This document shows positions 56,606-64,000 of a DNA stretch of 64,000 nucleotides, in pieces. Below the pieces are notes generated by a model. That model ran no database searches and had not been told where the DNA came from. It saw nothing but the letters and a program-made list of their open reading frames with translations. The position numbers and the translations under genes were made by a program. The stretch comes from Eledone cirrhosa (taxonomy: Eukaryota). The stretch lies in the NCBI GenBank assembly GCA_964016885.1, contig OZ024743.1, forward strand, positions 357,430,001-357,494,000. The letters are read 5' to 3'. The number at the start of each line of letters is the position of its first letter. Within the stretch, counting starts at the first letter, position 1.

Positions 56606-56606
<1 letters not shown>
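56222..56606 (+). mobile_element. Older ~320-bp imperfect palindrome (56222-56540) with a 3' tail and a decayed hammerhead-like motif
   Basis: Inverted arms around ~56384, and tgag-ccaatc-ctcagc-GAAA-tgtgcg-TA. (TA)n flanks. Confidence 0.65.
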
Positions 56607-56642
<36 letters not shown>

Positions 56643-57169
56643 TACTGAAATGCAAACACATACACTCACACACATCCACACACACATATACATATATTTA
56701 ACAGCATCGGTGTAAGTTGATACTTAAAACTTAAAATCTCACCTGATGAATAACATAATATTGGTTTTGAATTTAGGCACAAGTCCAGCCATTTAGGGGA
56801 GAATAGGAAGTCGATTATATTGGCCCCAGTACTTGATTGGTATTTTATTTTGTCGATAGCGAAAAGGTGAAAGTCAAAGTTGACTTCAACTGAGCTTGAA
56901 CTCAGAATGTAAGAAATACGTAGCGTATTTACCCAGCTCCAGCGATTCTGCTAATACACATGAATAGCGTATTCAGATCCAGCATTACTATGCACAGAAA
57001 GGATCATTCATGCAAAAACAACATCATCAACAACAACAACAACAAAAAGCAAAACAAAAAATAAAAACGCATCAATTCAAGTTCCATGCAACACGAGTAA
57101 AAAAATGTCTAATTCTTGTCATGCACTGCATTTATAGGGTAGTTAAATGAAATGAGTCATGGCTAGTTT

Positions 57170-57900
57170 CTTAGGGTCATTTTCTAAGTGATGCAATCTT
57201 TAAAACCGGATCAAAACCGACAGCGTTCAATACAGCGGTAGTATACTGAAGATCGCTTCTATAGAATTCTTCAGATTGATCCAAGTTAATCAGCATTCCA
57301 ACCAAAGTGAGCTTTATATCAGATGGAACATTTTTGTAATGTCCTCTTGTTTCTGCCATATCTCAGCAGCGCCATCACTTCCCGTCTCATATAAATGGTT
57401 ATTTTGACGCATAGAGTTATGGTCCTTGCCATTCTGAGTTCAAATCCCGCCGAGGTTAACTTTGCCTTTCATCCTTTCGGGGTCGATAAAATAAAGTACC
57501 AGTAATACATTGGGTAATTGCTGGCCTTGTGCCAAATGTAGAAACAATTATTCTAGTCTGTTGACAGTTTTGCGATGAACAAGTTTTACATGCTACATTA
57601 AAGTTCGTTCGGAAGACAATTTAAATTTCGCGACTTAATTCTTGCGCATTCAGATATAGCATTTTTTTGGTATCGAATATCACAAGCCCTTGTGGTCTGT
57701 CAAAGATTGTATTGTGGATCAATTGTCACGACGCACCTCTATCAGCCAAGCTCTTGTGATCTAATGCAAACACTTTAGCGCTGGGAATACAGCCTTCGTA
57801 TTTAATGTTGAATAATTGGTTAAGTGCCATTTTCGCCGCTACCACAAGGCTGCGAAATCCTTTTTAACAATCTCCTCTAAATTATATGAACTTCTCTCTT
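57170..57900 (-). mobile_element. Old L1/Tx1 ORF2 relic interrupted by a SINE
   Basis: MLINLDQSEEFYRSDLQYTTAVLNAVGFDPVLK aligns with ALINLDQSKAFDRVDHRYLETVRKAAGFGPVFR. The extent beyond ~57310 is uncertain. Confidence 0.55.
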
Positions 57901-59934
57901 GTCAAATTATTTATACTACTATGCCTTTACTATGTCTTACAGATTCTATTCCGATTTTCCTTTTCAAGGCCATCCACTATCTTTTTTAAAAATATATAAT
58001 TGCCTCAGTCAATTCCTGCTAAGCTATTTCACTAATCTATTTCCTGTAGGCTTTCCGCGTTGTAAACGACCCGTTAGACACTAATAATCAGGCCCCTGTC
58101 TACACGTTATATCTAAGTTCTCCATAATGATCACGAACTTGAGGCCTATGTAGACTGCCAACCAAAAATATGGATTACTTAAGCTATCCGTGCCCTATGG
58201 TATTAAAAAATACCTATTTACGAATGATCTGGACGACCCACTGCCATTTGCTCAAATCCATGTGGGTACATTCTTCTAATCTATATTGATATAAGGTCTA
58301 TATTATTGAATGTAAGTATCATTTTCGTATTTAGAGCAGTGGGGTTTGATTTGTTGGAGATTTGAATGCTATTTTCAGCAGATCAAGTGATAGCATACAG
58401 GTTCTCTTGTTGGCTTGGATTTCAAACGTGGTTCCTTGAGCATGTAAAGACGACGGGAATTTGTCTAGAGAGATTTAGATTCTAGATTTGGGCTTGTCGG
58501 ACGATTACAGAGTTGCACGCCCCACAGGCTCGAATAATTTGTTTTTTCCATAAGTATATATGAAAACCAGCTAGAAGCTTGGTCTCAAATTACGAAATAG
58601 TGCAGCGGGCTAGGCAACAACAACAGCCAGTGTTCACCACAATATACAAAGCTCACCTGAGTTAACTGAAACAATGATGTATGATTACAGCCAAATTGAC
58701 CTACAAACTAAGAAAGTCAGCTAAAGAACGCGATCGCTCAGTCTCATAGAAATAGAAAGCAAATGCCTCATAATCCCAATATACAAACGGACGTTGAGTA
58801 TTGGAGACTTGGATGTAATATGTTTGAAAAAAAAAATGATGGGCTCATGACAACTGGAACATCATAGATCCGTCCAATCAGAGCCAACATAGGTCTGAAC
58901 AAATTGACAACTGCAGCAACGAGCTAACAAACTATAAATAACAGCCAAATTACCCTCAAATCACACCCTACCCTCTTAAAAAAAGATAGAAACACCATGA
59001 AACAATGTATCTTAGATATATAAAAAGATGGTATGGTCACGACTGGAACGTCATTGATTCTAATGTCTGTCCAATAAGACTGACCTTAGGATAATGACTA
59101 AGAACAGCCTCCAGTGAAAACCGAAAATAGACAAAGACGACTGTTATCTCTGGATAGTAAACAATCGCTGGAGCGACGCAATGAGGATGATATTTTGACC
59201 GAGACTGTTGTAGATCGTATCTTTCACAGCTTTCAAGCTTCAACTCGACGCAGATGCTCTTAATTTCTTATCTAACGTCAACGAGGCTGTGTGACAATCA
59301 TAACTCAGTACTCAAGGACGTTTTAACAAAAGAATCTTAACATAAAGAAATGTTGTATTTATTTATGCGTCTATCTATTTAGTTATTTATTGTAGTTTCT
59401 GTAACCAACTTTCTTTCAGCATATTTACCAAGGAACATGAAACTTTATAGAATCTGAAAAGACTACTTTTGTGGTGAGAAATTGACAAACGTGAAGCAAG
59501 ACGAACACGTCATAAATTTCACAAATCATTTTACCACCTGCTCTTGCTACACAAGAAACTTTTATACACAGACACACACACATATATATATATATATGTA
59601 TATACACATGTGTGTGTGCATGTATGTGTAAACATACATACATCGATACATACATGCACTCACATATACATAGACACACGCATACATACACACACGCCTA
59701 CGTACGTACATTCATACATACATACGCTTACTCAGATATTGGACGTCGCGTATATCCTCATTGAACACAATTATAATGTTACATAAGTATATTGTCGCTT
59801 TAGCTCTTATCAACTGACGAGTTTGAATTGTGTTGATTGATCATGCTATCAATCTTATATATTGAATACTGGTATCCTTTTCTGTTGGAACTTCACTTTA
59901 GATTTATATGCTTTTGCTGAGGTTTCTATTGTTA

Positions 59935-61123
59935 ATATAGTGGATTGGCACTACCGGTAATGCATTTAACAAAATACTTTCTGGAATATAGTTACAGCAC
60001 TTAACATTCTGAATTCAAATCCAGTTGGGGGTCAGCTTTACCTTTCATCCTTCTGGGATAGGTAAGAGAAAGTAAAAGTCAATTAGTGGTGCTGAATCGT
60101 CATAGCCTTTCCCCTCAAATTACTGGTCATGTGCCTAAAGAAGAAATCATATAAGGGGTGGATTGGCAGAATCGTTAGAGCGTCGGAAAAAATACTCTGC
60201 TGTATTTATTCCGGCTCTATACGTTCTGACTTCAATTCCAGCCGAGATCAACGTTGCTATTCATTCATACTTCCAGGATCGATAAAATAAGGTACTAGTA
60301 AGGTACTTGGGGTTATATACTTGACTTTCCTCTCTCTACCCACAAATTTTTGGTCTTGTGTCTAAATTAGAAATCATTATTAAAAGATAATTGTTTCTAC
60401 TTTTTGGCACAAGGCCAGCACATACCCAGTGCATTACTGGTACTTTATTTTATAGACCCCGTAAGGATGAAAGGCAAAGTTAACCTCGGCGAGATTTGAA
60501 CTCAGATCAAAAAGGGATGTAAGTGGATTGTTAGTATCGGTAGAGGGTTGAACAATATGCTTTGCAGCATAGAGTTACGCCCCTTTACGGTCTGAGTTCA
60601 AATCCCGCCGAGGTTAACTTTGCCTTTCATCCTTACGGGGTCGATAAAATAAAGTACCAGTAATGCACTGAGTTATTGCTGGCCTTGTGCCAAAAGTAGT
60701 AAAAGATAATGGCAGTGGATTGGCAGTATCGGTAGAGCGTTAGACACTATACTTTTCGGCATAGAGTTATGGCCCTTTACGTTCTGAGTTCAAATCCCGC
60801 TGAGGTTAACTTTGCCTTTAATCCTTACGAGGTCGATAAAATAAAACACCAGTAATGCACTGGGGTAATTGCTAGCCTTGTGCCAAAAGTACAAAAAATT
60901 ATTAAAGGATAGTTGATTGGTGGAATCGTTAAAACGTCGAACAAAACATCATTGCGTTATTTGTTCTGGGTCTTTACGTTCTGATTTCAAATCCTGACGA
61001 GGTCTATCCTCCTTCCCGATCGATGAAATAAAGCAACAGTAAAGTACTGTGAGGGAGTGGGGGTCTATATGATCGACATTCCATCCTTCTTCGATTGCTA
61101 GACTTGTTCCTAAATTAGAAACA

Positions 61124-61125
<2 letters not shown>
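59935..61125. mobile_element. Dense cluster of about 6 SINE copies of one family (five +, one - at ~60388-60520)
   Basis: Repeated GTGGATTGGCAG head, TTCTGAGTTCAAATCC box and CTTGTGCC..AGAAA end at ~59935, 60155, 60523, 60711 and 60907. Confidence 0.85.
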
Positions 61126-61177
<52 letters not shown>

Positions 61178-61385
61178 GGCGACCTACGTAGTAAATCGTA
61201 TCATCGTGAGCTCCGCAAAGGTTTGTTATTTCCGTTTGTTAAAAATTGCCATTTATGGAAAATTTTATTGTTAACTGTTTATAAGCACACATACATTGTT
61301 TTCCGAAAAGGATACCCAAAAAGATTGGGGCCTTGTGCCCAAAATTTTAATTTTTATTCTTATCCAAAAATTTCTTTGAAAAAAA

Positions 61386-63377
61386 ATGGCTAATTCCCCT
61401 CTGCACGAAGCAGCTGAAAGCCTTCCTCACAAAATAACACCTCACACCGACACCACCATTGTAAATGTTACTACGTTTGCCAACACAAAAAAAAATATAA
61501 GCAGTAGCAATATTTTAAATTTGTCTCAGGCAGACATTCATTTCCCGCCATTACCAATGACTGCAGGTGTTAAAGCCTCCACCACCACCACCACCGCGAC
61601 AACCACCACCCCCACCACCAACGCGACAACAGAAACAAAAGAAGAAAAAAATAAATTAACTCGTGATGTCGAAATGAAATCAAGCAAAATGGACTCTTCC
61701 GCACCAAAGACGACTGACGTCACCACCACCAAAACTGAAAATAAAATTAATATTAACGATAGCAACAACAACAACAATGACATTATAAAACCGACCCTCA
61801 GTTTCGCCATCGTAGCAAAACAATTCGAAGCGTTCACGGTAACTCAAGAAGATTTAGAAAATGCCAAACAAATGGTAAAGAAAGATGGGTACAGGGTCAG
61901 CCTCACCCCCCCACCCCCACCTAATAAAATGGAGCATCGGCGCCTGTGCACCGTGTCGTATAGAACAATAAATGTAAAATCGCGCCGAGTGGAACGGGCA
62001 TCCGAGTCCCAAATCCAAAAAGCTTTGGGACATGTGTGGGCAAGAAAAACCCACATCAGACGTGGGCAAAAGTATGGAACCGTGGATGTGTTCTTTGAAA
62101 CACCAGAGGAGGCTAGAGAACACTCCATGGCCCCATTAAAAAGTGACGACCTCACACTCGTCCCAAGCTATTGTGGCCAGAGACTCGTAAAGATCAGGGT
62201 GACCCACGTTCCACCGGCCATCGAAATTCCCTGGCTAATAGCGGCTGTCATCGCCGGCATCGAGGCCAACACGAAAATAATAACAATAGCAAAAGAAAAG
62301 CAGGAAAACTGGTCCGGATCTGGGATGGAGCTCCTGATCCAAGCGGACCAAAAAAGCATTGAGGAGATCCCAGAGGTAATAGACCTCACTGACGGCAGCC
62401 ACCTCACGGTAATTGTCGAGGGCAGAAGACCTAGGTGTGTCGTTTGTGGTGAAGGAACCCACCTAAGGGCTTTCTGCCCTCAGGCTAAAAGGTTGAGGCC
62501 ACCTCTCCTACCCACCCCAGTGACACAACCATCAACACCACCAGTAGCAGAGATGCCATCAACAACTGTAGCAGCAACAACAGAAGCAACTATAACAGCA
62601 ACAACCCCAGCAACAGTAGCAAAACCAACACCACTACCACCACCAGCAAAACCAACACCACCACCACCCAACGCTTCAGAACTAGCACCAGCGCCTACAC
62701 CATCCACCACACCACAACCAAAACTAACGGCTGTGGAGGATTTTCCACTCCCCGGCCTATCACAACTGGAGACAGATTGTGACGACGAGGAGTGGGAAAC
62801 GATATCCGGAAAAAAAAAAAGAAACCAAAAAAGAAAAAATTCTCTTCCTTCCCCCTCCAAAAACAAAATACAGAGGGAAACAAATAAACTAAGAAACAAA
62901 AAAGTTAGGACAGATATGCCACCATCCACACCAGCATCACTAACCCCATCAACCCAAACACCAACACCATCACCATCATTATCCCCAGCACCACCATCAC
63001 CTACACCACAAAAGTCACCAAAATACGAAACAGAAACAAACGCACAACAAACGCAAACAAAACAAAACAACCAAAACGATACACACTACACAGCATTAAA
63101 TTTGAACAACAAGCAATTATTACACTACATCCAACACAACACCAGCATCACAGAAAAAGACTACACAACAACCCCAAATTTCACACCACCTCCACACATA
63201 CAAATCACTCGCATCACACAGAAAACGTACATGACACTAAAACAAAAATTCCCCAAAGACATCGGAGACTTCCGACAAGCACTCTCCAGGAGGATTTATA
63301 AGGACATCCTTCCTGAGGAGGCCACAAGCAGTGAAAAGGATGGAAAAACCGTCCTTCCCCTACGAGAAGTAAGGTAA
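61386..63377 (+). CDS. LINE ORF1 protein (663 aa): RRM-like region, CCHC zinc knuckle, Pro/Thr-rich tail
   Basis: Uninterrupted ORF containing YGTVDVFFETPEEA, VKIRVTHVPP, CVVCGEGTHLRAFC and a basic KKKRNQKRK patch. Homologous to the ORF1 pieces of copies A and B. Confidence 0.9.
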   Translation: MANSPLHEAAESLPHKITPHTDTTIVNVTTFANTKKNISSSNILNLSQADIHFPPLPMTAGVKASTTTTTATTTTPTTNATTETKEEKNKLTRDVEMKSSKMDSSAPKTTDVTTTKTENKININDSNNNNNDIIKPTLSFAIVAKQFEAFTVTQEDLENAKQMVKKDGYRVSLTPPPPPNKMEHRRLCTVSYRTINVKSRRVERASESQIQKALGHVWARKTHIRRGQKYGTVDVFFETPEEAREHSMAPLKSDDLTLVPSYCGQRLVKIRVTHVPPAIEIPWLIAAVIAGIEANTKIITIAKEKQENWSGSGMELLIQADQKSIEEIPEVIDLTDGSHLTVIVEGRRPRCVVCGEGTHLRAFCPQAKRLRPPLLPTPVTQPSTPPVAEMPSTTVAATTEATITATTPATVAKPTPLPPPAKPTPPPPNASELAPAPTPSTTPQPKLTAVEDFPLPGLSQLETDCDDEEWETISGKKKRNQKRKNSLPSPSKNKIQRETNKLRNKKVRTDMPPSTPASLTPSTQTPTPSPSLSPAPPSPTPQKSPKYETETNAQQTQTKQNNQNDTHYTALNLNNKQLLHYIQHNTSITEKDYTTTPNFTPPPHIQITRITQKTYMTLKQKFPKDIGDFRQALSRRIYKDILPEEATSSEKDGKTVLPLREVR

Positions 63378-63411
63378 GTGGTCTTTCCCATCTTTTCCAC
63401 TCCTTTTCCAC

Positions 63412-64000
63412 ATGACCTCACTCAGAATAGGCAGCATAAATGCGCGTGGCTTGGGGTCGTCATGGAAGCAGGGCCACCTGCTCAACGACCTCAGGTCACT
63501 AAACATAGATGTAGTGGCCATCAGCGAGACCAGAATCTCCGAAGCACAGGCTTTCGCACCGATCTTCGGCGGCTACGATGTGTACGCATCTCCCAGCCGT
63601 CCGGGATCGGGGGGAGGAGTTGCTGTGCTTTTTCGGAGAGGTTTGGATCTTGCCATACGGGCCATCTTCCTGGACCCAGAAGGTAAGTTGGTGGTGCTGG
63701 ACGTGACCAGCGGAGACGGGCAAGCTTTCAGGTTAGTGGCCGTCTATGCCCCGACAGGAGCAGGGCGGCCTGATTTCTTCCGGCGTCTGGAGACCTTTCT
63801 TGGAACGTCCCGCTCTTTAGTGTTAGTGGGCGACTGGAACGGGATCTTAGATGCACGCTGGGATTGTGTGGGATTAGTGGATAGGGAAGGAGGGTGCAAG
63901 AGTCTCACCAACCTGCTCAGACGTTTTGAACTGTCTGACAGGTACCGAATGGATTTCCCGAATGTACCAATGTGGACTTGGACAAATCGCATAGGGTCAT
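63412..64000 (+). CDS. LINE ORF2 N-terminus (apurinic-like endonuclease), partial
   Basis: MTSLRIGSINARGL..DVVAISETR..GGGVAVL..AVYAP..LVGDWNGIL..WTW, open to the window end. It is absent from the ORF track because it has no stop. Confidence 0.92.
   Translation, partial: MTSLRIGSINARGLGSSWKQGHLLNDLRSLNIDVVAISETRISEAQAFAPIFGGYDVYASPSRPGSGGGVAVLFRRGLDLAIRAIFLDPEGKLVVLDVTSGDGQAFRLVAVYAPTGAGRPDFFRRLETFLGTSRSLVLVGDWNGILDARWDCVGLVDREGGCKSLTNLLRRFELSDRYRMDFPNVPMWTWTNRIGS

Larger units (their letters stand above)
61178..64000 (+). mobile_element. L1/Tx1-type LINE copy D: 5'-complete, apparently intact, runs off the window
   Basis: Starts right after (ATT)n, with a ~200-bp 5'UTR, an intact ORF1 and an open ORF2. 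Confidence 0.9.

Noticed and set aside
60523-60903. tRNA genes
   Set aside because: The A/B-box-like heads belong to SINEs and no cloverleaf can be folded.

Overview
Repeat-dominated, AT-rich eukaryotic DNA. The SINE families and microsatellite style suggest an octopus/cephalopod genome; this is inferred from memory, not verified. No complete host gene is supportable. Main contents: (1) a ~13 kb ACT-based tandem array with Thr-rich, mucin-like coding potential (1.5-14.7 kb). (2) A near full-length decayed Penelope-like element (PLE; RT + GIY-YIG) with 134-bp inverted termini (15.8-20.1 kb), plus a rearranged PLE fragment at the window start. (3) Four L1/Tx1-type LINE copies, one with an intact ORF1 and an open ORF2 start, plus an older relic. 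(4) A 3.2 kb 42/46-bp satellite amplified inside a SINE. (5) Many tRNA-type SINEs and mariner/CRE relics. The most striking signal is invisible in the ORF track: about 10 loci, in at least 7 different non-coding families, carry hand-foldable type-I hammerhead ribozymes (CUGANGA...GAAA...NUH). They occur as a 5.3x 310-bp tandem (retrozyme-like), a 334-bp partial dimer, and long palindromes with a ribozyme on each strand, nearly all embedded in (TA)n tracts next to PLEs. Other candidates are a ~19 kb inversion that may have split one LINE, and a splice-donor motif conserved over the LINE ORF1 stop codon. All folds and alignments were done by eye.
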